Shown here: positions 35,301 to 46,600 of the stretch, in pieces | Numbering within the stretch: the first letter of the stretch is position 1 | Layout: the number at the start of each line of letters is the position of its first letter | From: Nemertoderma westbladi | Lineage: Eukaryota > Animalia > Xenacoelomorpha | Direction: 5' to 3' | NCBI GenBank assembly: GCA_032718475.1 | Contig: JAUCBJ010003563.1 | Location: forward strand, 1-54,382 | DNA: 54,382 nt | Notes under the pieces: model-generated | What the model was told of the DNA's origin: nothing | Database searches by the model: none | The model's input: only the letters and a program-made list of their open reading frames with translations | Made by a program: the position numbers and the translations under genes

Positions 35301-37845
35301 TATGAGAAACAACACTTAACCCTTTGCTGCTCGAATTATTTTTACTGGTTTAAAAAAAATTTTTTAGGTTAGATAAACTGAAAACAGTCTAAAAGAACAC
35401 ATTAATGCCAAAAAAATTATTTTTTTTAATATTTGAATATTTTTAATGAATGTTGTTGAGGAACAACAATGAGCATTAATGGTAGCAATAATATTTGTTA
35501 TAATAGTATCAGATTCATCTTCCCCACTATCATTACTATCTGGTATGACAAATGAATACACCTTATCTTTGTTCTGGTACCGAACTACTACTACTAGGAT
35601 CGGCATGCTGTATTGGAGCTGCCTTTTTCAGAAAGCTTTGCCGGCTTGTCGACAAAATTTCGCCGCCACAACTCCCTATATCCCATGTCATTTGCTAGAT
35701 CATCCGCATCTTCAAAGCCAGTGTCCTTCAAGATGCGTCTCAAGAAAGTTATGGGCTTTCTACCATGCTTATTCACTCAATGAGGCCTTCAAAACAAAAG
35801 ATTATGCACTGGCTGCTTCTCACGGCGAAAGCAATGTCCAGCAAAGCGGAGGCGGCTTTGTTCTAGTGTCAAGCTTGGGGGAACCAATGAGAGGCACCTC
35901 CAATGTTTTATAGTGTCTGGTTGGAGATGTGTGCATTGTACTTGACACAGTGAACTACTACTACTACGATCGGCATGCTGCATTGCAGCTGCATTATATA
36001 TGTATTACATATATTTTAAGAATGCTGTGCCGGCTTGTCGATAAAATTGCGCCGCAACAACTCCCTATCACCCATGACATTTGATAGATCATCTGCATGT
36101 TCAAGGCCAGTGTCCTTTAGGATGCTTCTCAAGAAAGTCATGGGCTGTCCACCATGCTTATTTGCTCCATGAGAGCGCCAAAGCACAAGGTTATGCACTG
36201 GCTGGCCATTACGGCGAAAGCAATGTCCTGCAAAGCGGAGGCGGTTCCGTTCAAGTGTCAAGCTAGTGAAGATTAATGGAACACCTCCAATGCTGTATAG
36301 AGTTTGGGTTGGAGATGTGTTCATTGTACTTGACAGAGTGAACTCTGCGCAGCATTCTTGTGAAAGTGCCTGTGAAAGTGTGAAATAAAAACTAATAACA
36401 GTGTAATTATAGCTTTCTTAAATGGGCAATGTTGTTGTGGGACAACAATCTTTAAAACACTACTCACTTGGTTAAAATTTATTAAAAATCGATTGGAGCA
36501 TTCGAAAACCACCTTAGACATGTTTTCCTATCTACTCAATTTTTTTGGAACGGAAAAATTAAAGGGAATTTTAACATAGTGAATGAAAACCATTGGTAAC
36601 TGGGCAAGGCTGTGTCTAAAATGAATAATTTTTGGTATAAGGGTCAATCGATAACTGAAGATTGTTTTAGAAACTTTTTTTTGGGATATAGTTATAACTA
36701 TATTATGTATTTAGTAGCATAAAATTATTACTATTACTAAAAAAACTACTCTTCGAACAAACATTATTTATATAACTAGTTATTTCGTATTTATAATTAG
36801 GATATAGTGTTGAATAAAAGTATTGGTCAAAAAATTTTGATATTGATTATTTCCAATTTTATTTCCAAATTGATTAATGGCGAATTCATTTTTTCCGCTT
36901 CATTTGCGAATAGAGTTGGATCATCCCAAGTCCAGTTTAAATTACTTAACAAATTTATTCATTTTTTAATATTTTTTCCAAAAAATTCGCATTTTTCACA
37001 TTTCGAAGATAATAAAATGAGATAGGATCAAACCAGACCAATGCTGTTCAAGACACCAAGCTTGTGATTACTGTGTCCAAATTTCATCAAAAAATATTAA
37101 AAATTGACAGAAGAGTAGCATTTTAATTTCGTAGAAATGAAAAAATCACATTCCGAGATACAGTAATTGCCTTTAAAGTTTGAACCTTCCCGCGCAAAAA
37201 CTGTCCGTTGGTCTGTCAATATATATTTAGCAACGAGAAAGCACAAACTCATGATAAGATTTTTGCTATGGGGGTTTTCCTGGTCGTTCATTTCATTTCT
37301 GAAGTCAGTTATCACTTTTAATGAAATCTGTATGTCTGTCTGTCGGTCTTTCTGACTATCCGACTATATGTCTGTCACATATATAAGAAAAAGGCACACA
37401 ATCTAGCTAAAAATTTAGCTATAGGGGTTTTCCTGGTCGCAGAAATCATTTCGTGTGTCAATTTTAAAAATTGATGCCTTCTACATTGTCTGTTTGGCTG
37501 TCAGACTGTCGGTTATATTTTGACAGACAGACTGACAGGCATATAGACAGAACCGATACAGGGCATTTTTTAGACAGATAGTATACTTTTTATTGACGGA
37601 CAGACATACTGACAGACAAACAGACAGTAAAACGGACAGACAGCCATATCTCGAGAAGTAAAACAGATCTTTGCTTAACGGTTTTCAAATTTTGTTACAT
37701 TTTGGAATCTTCTAGCAAAGGAATGAAATCAATATACAATTTGGGAAAATTTGGCCAACCAAACTGTTCCTGTCCAAATTTTGTAATATCGTGTGAGTTA
37801 CACACCAACATTGAAATCGAAACTCATCCAAATCAAACTCTCCAT
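23157..37845 (-). CDS. SPDY: Speedy/RINGO family non-cyclin CDK activator, divergent, multi-exon (~391 aa in this model)
   Basis: Manual splicing with GT-AG sites and matching phases: 37845-37806 (uncertain; alternative first exon 32576-32504), 31403-31262, 30772-30583, 30101-29846, 29350-29189, 28705-28528, 23364-23157. The translation GRDRCCRIVDWVGLAAVFLYFERS..EYTYLEVAKALFLFHEIEED..FLKERFELF..VVTVSQCVDVVSLYPHHHLWQRHRDTVHGGA follows the Spy1 box pattern (D.CC.I.DKYLLAM.F.YF.R..ALYLAN.MEED..FL..RD.L....VS...CEEVM...P.H..W.R.R...H.GA). Confidence 0.8.
24027..27536. repeat. G-rich 33-bp minisatellite (ATGTCGGAGGTAGATGGAGTGGGTGGACAGGGG), ~106 copies, in the last Speedy intron
   Basis: Highly homogeneous units with scattered 1-2 nt indels. 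Confidence 0.97.
27968..28498. mobile_element. piggyBac-like MITE
   Basis: TTAA-CCCTATCCATACCGGGG ... CCCCGGTATGGATAGGG; inner inverted pair (G)nACTTTT / AAAAGT(C)n; right TTAA degenerate; internal ~38-bp tandem duplication near 28180-28260. Confidence 0.7.
28528..28705 (-). CDS. Speedy/RINGO-like gene, internal exon (GASNAVSRTT..EVTFTNS)
   Basis: Acceptor TTTCCCGTAG, donor AG/GTAAAG, phase 1 to 2, open frame. Confidence 0.7.
28897..29025 (-). mobile_element. Partial inverted copy of the 1602-1858 MITE family
   Basis: GCGAATTAATATCTCGACTCAATGTTAAAT..GGGAAAGGAG..TTACAGTGGCA..AACCAAAACAATAAAC matches the reverse complement of 1733-1822. Confidence 0.65.
29189..29350 (-). CDS. Speedy/RINGO-like gene, internal exon (DFKRMLINSKRQSYW..DDKSIKV)
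   Basis: Acceptor TTTTCATAG, donor G/GTTAGA, phase 1 to 1, open frame. Confidence 0.7.
29846..30101 (-). CDS. Speedy/RINGO-like gene, exon with the C-terminal half of the Spy1 box
   Basis: VKKEAVKIFLKERFELFTEISHQGVVTVSQCVDVVSLYPHHHLWQRHRDTVHGGA..CPKC; acceptor TTTATTAG, donor AAG/GTCAGC. Confidence 0.88.
30583..30772 (-). CDS. Speedy/RINGO-like gene, exon with the core Spy1 box
   Basis: IVDWVGLAAVFLYFERSRHAHQGREYTYLEVAKALFLFHEIEEDCSHSRSWLLNFVIRNLPKQ; acceptor TTTCGTTAG, donor CAG/GTAGGT. Confidence 0.88.
31262..31403 (-). CDS. Speedy/RINGO-like gene, exon entering the Spy1 box
   Basis: WLPSGTRKVPDFLRRGPEGQLCRLKSYLASFNHPELGKLVGRDRCC; acceptor AATTCCAG, donor CG/GTTAGT, phase 1 to 2. Confidence 0.8.
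31600..32370. mobile_element. Degenerate HINE/DINE-like interspersed repeat with (GTCT)n microsatellite
   Basis: TAGGGGTTTTCCTGGTC followed by GTCTGTCTGTCTGTC, shared with 37270-37640; boundaries approximate. Confidence 0.45.
33508..33713. mobile_element. PIF/Harbinger-like MITE
   Basis: GGCCGCGTTCACAATACCGAGTCACAGTCAAAGT / ACTTTGACATTGACTCGGTAGTGTGAACGCGGGC inverted termini, flanked by TTA and TAA. Confidence 0.75.
35582..36344 (-). mobile_element. Two head-to-tail 3' fragments of an RTE-like LINE (35582-35956, 35952-36344)
   Basis: RLRFAGHCFRR..VHNL..W..HG..P.TF...IL.DTG....L...M.DRELWR pattern typical of the RTE-clade ORF C-terminus; (TAG)n tails; in-frame TGA stops in the left copy. Confidence 0.8.
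36960..37790. mobile_element. Degenerate HINE/DINE-like interspersed repeat
   Basis: Two GGGGTTTTCCTGGTCG sub-repeats (37271, 37424), GTCT/AGAC microsatellites, CCAAATTTCATCAAAA motif; boundaries approximate. Confidence 0.45.
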
Positions 37846-38034
37846 CTGTATAAGTAGAACGTTGATCAGTAATACAGTACGAAGGGCGGCAAAGTGGAAT
37901 AGATCTAATAAAATAATAAAAGGAAGAGATATGCCTTTATCCTTTGCTGCTATTCCAACCACAAGAAGGAACTTCGATCGAGTTACATATCGACTCAACT
38001 CTTCTATTAACTTTATCGTATATGCGCACATTAC

Positions 38035-38166
38035 TGGCGGGTATGAATGAGTTTATGGTGTTAGGCGCAGCCGTTACCAACTCAAGTTTGGCTTATTAAT
38101 AAAACTACCATCGATTAGCCACACAGAGCGAACGAACGTATGTCGTTAAAAACTCAGACGCATTGG
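38035..38166 (-). promoter_or_regulatory. Candidate promoter of the Speedy-like gene (E2F-like, MYB-like and CCAAT words)
   Basis: TGGCGGG 38035-38041, CCGTTA 38071-38076, ATTGG 38162-38166 in a locally CpG-rich patch, upstream of a donor at 37986 and an acceptor at 37846. Confidence 0.3.
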
Positions 38167-38490
38167 TAATGTTATTCAATGAGTTGCCTCTTTGTTTTCA
38201 TATTATTAGGAATAATTCTAGAGAGTACTCAAAGTCAAAATACAGTAGAACTACAATTAACTTAATAAATTCCGTTTGCTCATTTATTCTGGTTCATTTT
38301 AGTACTTATTGTATCTAAAACTTCGACTACAGTATGTTTAAAATGTTTCATTCAAAAACACAATTTCCGTTTCGGAATGAACTCCTTGTCACTTAAGTTT
38401 CAGATTACCGAATTTCAGATAGTCAGCCCTCGTGTATTGAATTTTCCTTAAAACCTCCTAATACTAACTATCCTTGCGAAAATTCAATAT

Positions 38491-38568
38491 GTGGGGCGAG
38501 CCACGAAGTTGGCGGAGCCTTAGCGAATTGACACTGTTAGGGGGTGGGTCAATTTATGCAAATAGTTG

Positions 38569-38600
<32 letters not shown>

Positions 38601-39488
38601 GTCGTCGTCGTCGTCGTTGTCGTCGTCGTCGTCGTTACGATTTTGACATGCTAATAACTTTGTCGGATTTAAAGCTGCCAAGTTGAAAATTTGTAGGTAT
38701 CAATATGAGCTAAAGTTGAGATTTTTGAGAGACTTTCAGACACCATCAGTACAATGGTCTCCCGCTAGAGGGCCACATGTCTAAACATTAAATGCCCTCC
38801 CATTTCTTTGCTTTTAATCCGTTTAAGCTGAAACTTGGCAGATATGTATTAGACCATTAGCTGTGACTTTCAAAGGAGGCGAATCCATCTGCAGTTCTCC
38901 AGTCTGCCGCTAGAGGGCCAAAGGTCTGAAAGTGAAATCGTTGTCGTCGTTATGATATTGACATGCTTATAACTTTGTCGAATTTAAAGCTGCCAAGTTG
39001 AAAATTTGTTTTGTTGAAAATCAGTTCAACAGTCACCCGCTATAGGACTACTTTATGCCTGAAAGTGAATAGATTCTCCCGTCTCATTGATTTTAATCAG
39101 TTTAAGCTGAATCTTGCCATATATTCTGGACCACATGCTGCGTCTTTGTGGGGGGGGGGGGGGGGGGGGGGGGAGATTTAATCGGTCTGCCGCTATACGA
39201 CGAAATTTCTGAAAGTGAGATCCGTCTCTCATTTCGTTATCCGTTATTCAAGATGAAACTTGGCCGATGTACGTATGTACTATTCATCCATAGGCTGTGT
39301 CTTTGTGGGGCTGGAGACCCTAATCCATCTTCAGTTCTCACTATACCGCTAGAGTCAGAAATGTCTGAATAGAAATGAAAGAGCTAAAAAGTGATTAGGC
39401 GAAATCTGCTTAAAATTTGCTAATAGAGTAATACTTTCGAATTAGTACTTAAATTAAATTTAAGTCACGTGCTGCGCGAAGGCCCCAC
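38491..39488. mobile_element. HINE/DINE-like non-autonomous element with (GTC)n microsatellite and internal sub-repeats
   Basis: Short inverted ends GTGGGGC / GCCCCAC; (GTC)n at 38568-38635; recurring CCGCTAGAG..TCTGAAAGTGA..TTTAAGCTGAAACTTGGC subunits. Confidence 0.55.
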
Positions 39489-40151
39489 TTCGTGTAAGTC
39501 TGTATGTATGTAGGCCTATGGAATACTTTCAGTCAGCTGTCAGTTTCGCAAAACTGAACAACTACTGCAAAACATCAAATACTGTAGGCCTATGTAGACT
39601 ACTAATTTATATTTTAATTGTACTAGGCCTACTGATTGGATGTCTGAATTGTTTATCGGTTACTAATACTGAAATCATTCACTGTTATTGTATGAACCGT
39701 TGCTGTTGTTTTCCTACCTAATTCATTCGAATTTTTTCCAAAAAATGATCAGTGATCAGTGACGATGATCATTTTTGTCCTAATCCTCCATTGAAATACG
39801 TTAATTATCACTAAAGGGTATAAGGCACTAAAAATATAATAGAGTAACCTGTTCAATTGAATTTTGTTTAATATTTTGGTTGTACGTGCCACTGTAACCT
39901 GATCCTTTCCCTTATTTAGTGATAATTAATATATTTTAAATATTATTAATATATTTTAGTGATGATTAATACATTTAGTGTAAACTGAATATTTTAATGA
40001 TTTTCCTTTTAATGTTTAGTGAAAATTATTATATTTAGTAGGTCGTTAAAATAATGCGAAAATTATTATATTTAGTAGGTCGTTAAAATAATGCATGTAT
40101 TAAAGATCATTGCTTAAGAGTAAAATAGTACTTCAGTGTGGCGTAAATTAC

Positions 40152-40400
40152 GGATGGCAGGTGGTCTAAAACAATCGGCAATCGGAACCATTTATTACAA
40201 GGTATAAATATCAAAATTGTCTAGTGGTGGTCTAGTGGTGACATTCCTGGTTCTATCCCTAGAGGGAGCAGCACTATTTGGGCAAGGTGTTTTAAATGCT
40301 GCAGCCCAGCCCAACCCTGGCTTTCATCCTTCAGTGGTCGATAAATGGGAACCAAGGCAACTTGAGAAACAGATTGGAAGGGTTTACTGTGGAAGATCAC
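40152..40400 (+). mobile_element. tRNA-derived SINE with Nin/Deu-like central domain
   Basis: A-box-like GGATGGCAGGTGGTCTAA (40153) and TGGTCTAGTGG (40228), B-box-like GGTTCTATCCC (40249), TTGGGCAAG, and CCAACCCTGGCTTTCATCCTTCAGTGGTCGATAAATGGGAACC (40311-40353) resembling the Nin core. Confidence 0.65.
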
Positions 40401-42916
40401 CCATGGTGGTAAACAGGCATTCCTGCGGAAGATCACCCATGGTGGTAAACAGGCATTCCTGCGGAAGATCAGCCATGGTGGTAAACAGGCATTCCTGCGG
40501 AAGATCACCCATGGTGGTAAACAGGCATTCCTGCGGAAGATCACCCATGGTGGTAAACAGGCATTCCTGCGGAAGATCACCCATGGTGGTAAACAGGCAT
40601 TCCTGCGGAAGATCACCCATGGTGGTGAACAGGCATTCCTTTAGGAAACAGAGTGGGAAGGGTTTACTGTGGAAGATCACCCATGGTGGTGAACAGGCAT
40701 TCCTGCGGAAGATCAGCCATGGTGGTAAACAGGCATTCCTGCGGAAGATCACCCATGGTGGTGAACAGGCATTCCTGCGGAAGATCACCCATGGTAGTAA
40801 ACAGGCATTCCTGCGGAAGATCACCCATGGTGGTAAACAGGTATTCCTGTGGAAGATCACCCATGGTGGTAAACAGGCATTCCTGCGGAAGATCACCCAT
40901 GGTGGTAAACAGGCATTCCTGCGGAAGATCAGTGAGATTACCCATGGTGGTAAACAGGCATTCCTGCGGAAGATCAGTAAGATCACCCATGGTGCTAAAC
41001 AGGCATTCCTGCGGAAGATCAGCCATGGTGGTAAACAGGCATTCCTGCGGAAGATCACCCATGGTGGTGAACAGGCATTCCTGCGGAAGATCACCCATGG
41101 TGGTAAACAGGTATTCCTGTGGAAGATCACCCATGGTTGTAAACAGGCATTCCTGCGGAAGATCACCCATGGTGGTAAACAGGCATTCCTGCGGAAGATC
41201 AGTAAGATTACCCATGGTGGTAAACAGGCATTCCTGCGGAAGATCACCCATGGTGGTAAACAGGCATTCCTGCGGAAGATCAGTGAGATTACCCATGGTG
41301 GTAAACAGGCATTCCTGCGGAAGATCAGTGAGATTACCCATGGTGGTAAACAGGCATTCCTGCGGAAGATCACCCATGGTGGTAAATCGGCATTCCTGCG
41401 GAAGATCACCCATGGTGGTAAACGGGCATTCCTGCGGAAGATCACCCATGGTGGTAAACAGGCATTCCTGTGGAAGATCAGTAAGATTACCCATGGTAGT
41501 AAACAGGCGTTCCTGCGGAAGATCACCCATGGTGGTAAACAGGCATTCCTGCGGAAGATCACCCATGGTGGTAAACAGGCATTCCTGCGGAAGATCACCC
41601 ATGGTGGTAAACAGGCATTCCTGCGGAAGATCACCCATGGTGGTAAACAGGCATTCCTGCGGAAGATCACCCATGGTGGTAAACAGGCATTCCTGCGGAA
41701 GATCACCCGTGGTGGTAAACAGGCATTCCTGCGGAAGATCACCCATGGTGGTAAACAGGCATTCCTGCGGAAGATCACCCATGGTGGTGAACAGGCATTC
41801 CTTTAGGAAACAGAGTGGGAAGGGTTTACTGTGGAAGATCACCCATGGTGGTGAACAGGCATTCCTGCGGAAGATCAGTAAGATCACCCATGGTGGTAAA
41901 CAGGCATTCCTGCGGAAGATCACCCATGGTGGTAAACAGGCATTCCTGCAGAAGATCACCCATGGTGGTGAACAGGCATTCCTTTAGGAAACAGAGTGGA
42001 AGGGTTTAATGTGGTAGATCACCCATGGTGGTGAAAAGGCATACCTTTAGGAAACAGAGTGGAAAGGGTTTACTGTGGAAGATCACCCATGGTGGTGAAC
42101 AAGCATTCCTTTAGGAAACAGAGTGGAAAGGGTTTACTGTGGAAGATCACCCATCATGGTGGTGAACAGGCATTCCTGCGGAAGATCAGTAAGATCACCC
42201 ATGGTGGTAAACAGGCATTCCTGCGGAAGATCACCCATGGTGGTAAACAGGCATTCCTGCGGAAGATCACCCATGGTGGTGAACAGGCATACCTTTAGGA
42301 AACAGAGTGGAAAGGGTTTACTGTGGAAGATCACCCATGGTGGTGAACAGGCATTCCTTTAGGAAACAGAGTGGAAGGGTTTACTGTGGAAGATCACCCA
42401 TGGTGGTTAACAGGCATTCCTTAAGGAAACAGAGTGGACGGGTTTACTGTGGAAGATCACCCAAGGTGGTGAACAGGCATTCCTTAGGGAAACAGAGCGG
42501 AAGAGTTTACTGTGGAAGATCACCCATGGTGTTGAACAGGCATTCCTTTAGGAAACAGAGTGGAAGGATTTACTGTGGAAGATCACCCATGGTGGTTAAC
42601 AGGCATTCCTTTAGGAAACAGAGTGGAAAGGTTTACTGTGGAAGATCACCAATGGTGGTGAACAGGCATTCCTTTAGGAAACAGAGTGGAAGGGTTTACT
42701 GTGGAAGATCACCCATGGTGGTGAACAGGCATTCCTTTAGGAAAAAGAGTGGAAGGATTTACTGTGGAAGATCACCCATGGTGGTTAACAGGCATTCCTT
42801 TAGGAAACAGAGTGGAAAGGTTTACTGTGGAAGATCACCCAAGGTGGTGAACAGGCATTCCTTAGGGAAGCAGAGTGGAAGGGTTTACTGTGGAAGATGG
42901 TGGTGAACAGGCATTC
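40366..42916. repeat. Compound minisatellite: 36-bp unit (GGAAGATCACCCATGGTGGTAAACAGGCATTCCTGC) with 45-bp and 63/64-bp variants
   Basis: Direct periodicity; 36-mers dominate to ~41950 and 63-mers dominate from ~42300. Confidence 0.97.
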
Positions 42917-43139
42917 ATTAGCTTAACTAGCCTAAAATATTCTCCCATTCAAATATCAAAATATCATCTTTGTCGACTAAATAGTGATTATTATGTAGTT
43001 CACTCCTACTGAATATTAACTCTAATTAAATCATAAAAAGTACAAATAGCAAAAACTTATTCGGTCTATCTATATATTATATCGGATTATCTTATTATGG
43101 CCAACCAACAAACTTGAATACGAGACGAGACGAGACTGC

Positions 43140-43635
43140 ATACGTACCAAGTTTGGTTTAATTTCGATAGACCTACTTATTTCGGTCTAGTTATTTTTAT
43201 CTAAAGTCTGAAACCGGCGGTACCGACGGACAGACTGTCTGATTTTTGACCAAACTTCAGAATCTTTCTAAACGTGCTTTGAGGGACCAAATGTTTACCA
43301 AGTTTGGTTTAATTTCATCAATGATTGACCGAATTATATTCTTTACTTTCAAGAATTAATTAAAAAACATGCAAAATAAAAGTTTCCGCGGGTAGGATTC
43401 GAACCTAGGCGGGAGGATTAAATTGGAATTGAAAATTTCAGCTCTGGAAAATGAGGCGTTCCCGAGAAATTTAACATTTTCTTAAAACATTTAATCAGTC
43501 GTGTCTGACGTCAGACTGAAAGATTTTTCACCAAACTGAACAATCTTTCTAAAACTTCCCTCTTCTACTTACCTACTACGTTTGGTTCAATTCCGAGTTC
43601 CCGATGCCGAGAAATTATTTATTATTATTATTATT
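43140..43635. mobile_element. Degenerate interspersed repeat with internal sub-repeats and a reverse B-box fragment
   Basis: Repeated CCAAGTTTGGTTTAATTTC and CCAAACT..AATCTTTCTAAA; GGATTCGAACC at ~43395; (TTA)n at ~43620. Confidence 0.4.
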
Positions 43636-43677
43636 AATTATATATATTTATATATATAATTATAAATTATTTATTAT

Positions 43678-46600
43678 TTCCATGTTAATCAGAAGGCTTG
43701 CCCCTTACTTCCATAATAATCACATGGCTCGCCCCTTATTTACATGTTAATCACATTATACTTTCCCCTTATTTCCATGTTAGTCACATGGCTCGCCCCT
43801 TATTTACATGGTAATCACATGACTCGCCCCTTATTTCCATGTTAATCACATGACTCGCCCCTTATTTACATGTTAATCACATAACTCGCCCCTTATTTCA
43901 ATGTTAATCACATGACTCGCCCCTTATTTACATGGTAATCACATGACTCGCCCCTTATTTCCATGTTAGTCACATGGCTCGCCCCTTATTTACATGGTAA
44001 TCACATGGCTCGCCCCTTATTTCTATGTTAATCACATGGCTCGCCCCTTATTTACATGGTAATTACATGGCTCGCCCCTTATTTCCATGTTAATAACATG
44101 GCTCGCCCCTTATTTCCATGTTAATAACATGGCTCGCCCCTTATTTCCATGTTAATAACATGGCTCGCCCCTTATTTCCATGTTAATAACATGACTCGCC
44201 CCTTATTTCCATGTTAATAACATGGCTCGCCCCTTATTTCCATGTTAATAACATGACTCGCCCCTTATTTACATGTTAATCACATGACTCGCCCCTTATT
44301 TCCATGTTAGTCACATGTCTCGCAACTTATTTACATGGTAATCACATGGCTCGCCCCTTATTTCTATGTTAATCACATGGCTCGCCCCTTATTTACATGG
44401 TAATAACATGGCTCGCCCCTTATTTCCATGTTAATAACATGGCTCGCCCCTTATTTCCATGTTAATAACATGGCTCGCCCCTTATTTCCATGTTAATAAC
44501 ATGGCTCGCCCCTTATTTCCATGTTAATAACATGACTCGCCCCTTATTTCCATGTTAATAACATGGCTCGCCCCTTATTTCCATGTTAATAACATGGCTC
44601 GCCCCTTATTTCTATGTTAATCACATGACTCGCCCCTTATTTCCATGTTAGTCACATGTCTCGCAACTTATTTACATGGTAATCACATGGCTCGCCCCTT
44701 ATTTCTATGTTAATCACATGGCTCGCCCCTTATTTACATGGTAATTACATGGCTCGCCCCTTATTTCCATGTTAATAACATGGCTCGCCCCTTATTTCCA
44801 TGTTAATAACATGGCTCGCCCCTTATTTCCATGTTAATAACATGACTCGCCCCTTATTTCCATGTTAATAACATGGCTCGCCCCTTATTTCTATGTTAAT
44901 CACATGACTCGCCCCTTATTTCCATGTTAGTCACATGTCTCGCAACTTATTTACATGGTAATTACATGGCTCGCCCCTTATTTCTATGTTAATCACATGG
45001 CTCGCCCCTTATTTACATGGTAATTACATGGCTCGCCCCTTATTTCCATGTTAATAACATGGCTCGCCCCTTATTTCTATGTTAATCACATGACTCGCCC
45101 CTTATTTCCATGTTAGTCACATGTCTCGCAACTTATTTACATGGTAATTACATGGCTCGCCCCTTATTTCTATGTTAATCACATGGCTCGCCCCTTATTT
45201 ACATGGTAATTACATGGCTCGCCCCTTATTTCCATGTTAATAACATGGCTCGCCCCTTATTTCCATGTTAGTCACATGGCTCGCCCCTTATTTCTATGTT
45301 AATCACATGGCTCGCCCCTTATTTACATGGTAATTACATGGCTCGCCCCTTATTTCCATGTTAATAACATGGCTCGCCCCTTATTTCCATGTTAATAACA
45401 TGGCTCGCCCCTTATTTCCATGTTAATAACATGACTCGCCCCTTATTTCCATGTTAATAACATGGCTCGCCCCTTATTTCCATGTTAATAACATGACTCG
45501 CCCCTTATTTCCATGTTAATCACATGACTCGCCCCTTATTTCCATGTTAGTCACATGTCTCGCAACTTATTTACATGGTAATAACATGACTCGCCCCTTA
45601 TTTACATGTTAATCACATGACTCGCCCCTTATTTCCATGTTAGTCACATGTCTCGCAACTTATTTACATGGTAATTACATGGCTCGCCCCTTATTTCCAT
45701 GTTAATAACATGACTCGCCCCTTATTTCCATGTTAGTCACATGGCTCGCCCCTTATTTACATGGTAATCACATGGCTCGCCCCTTATTTCCATGTTAGTC
45801 ACATGTCTCGCAACTTATTTACATGTTAATCACATGACTCGCCCCTTATTTCCATGTTAGTCACATGTCTCGCAACTTATTTACATGGTAATTACATGGC
45901 TCGCCCCTTATTTCCATGTTAATAACATGACTCGCCCCTTATTTCCATGTTAGTCACATGGCTCGCCCCTTATTTACATGGTAATCACATGACTCGCCCC
46001 TTATTTCCATGTTAGTCACATGGCTCGCCCCTTATTTACATGGTAATTACATGGCTCGCCCCTTATTTCTATGTTAATCACATGACTCGCCCCTTATTTC
46101 CATGTTAGTCACATGGCTCGCCCCTTATTTACATGGTAATCACATGGCTCGCCCCTTATTTCTATGTTAATCACATGGCTCGCCCCTTATTTACATGGTA
46201 ATTACATGGCTCGCCCCTTATTTCCATGTTAATAACATGGCTCGCCCCTTATTTCCATGTTAATAACATGGCTCGCCCCTTATTTACATGTTAATCACAT
46301 GACTCGCCCCTTATTTACATGTTAATCACATGACTCGCCCCTTATTTACATGTTAATCACATGACTCGCCCCTTATTTCCATGTTAGTCACATGTCTCGC
46401 AACTTATTTACATGGTAATTACATGGCTCGCCCCTTATTTCTATGTTAATCACATGACTCGCCCCTTATTTCCATGTTAGTCACATGGCTCGCCCATTAT
46501 TTACATGGTAATCACATGGCTCGCCCCTTATTTCTATGTTAATCACATGGCTCGCCCCTTATTTACATGGTAATTACATGGCTCGCCCCTTATTTCCATG

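Noticed and set aside
38474-38686. Protamine-like poly-Arg ORF
   Set aside because: Translation of a (GTC)n microsatellite inside an interspersed repeat, with a non-ATG start.
40217-42906. 529-, 464-, 444-, 431- and 199-aa ORFs, one with a signal-peptide-like start
   Set aside because: Translations of the 36/63-bp array on both strands; the hydrophobic start begins at a TTG inside a SINE head.
43384-43412. Possible tRNA gene (reverse B-box GGTTCGAATCC)
   Set aside because: No A-box or cloverleaf could be built; it is more likely a SINE or repeat fragment.
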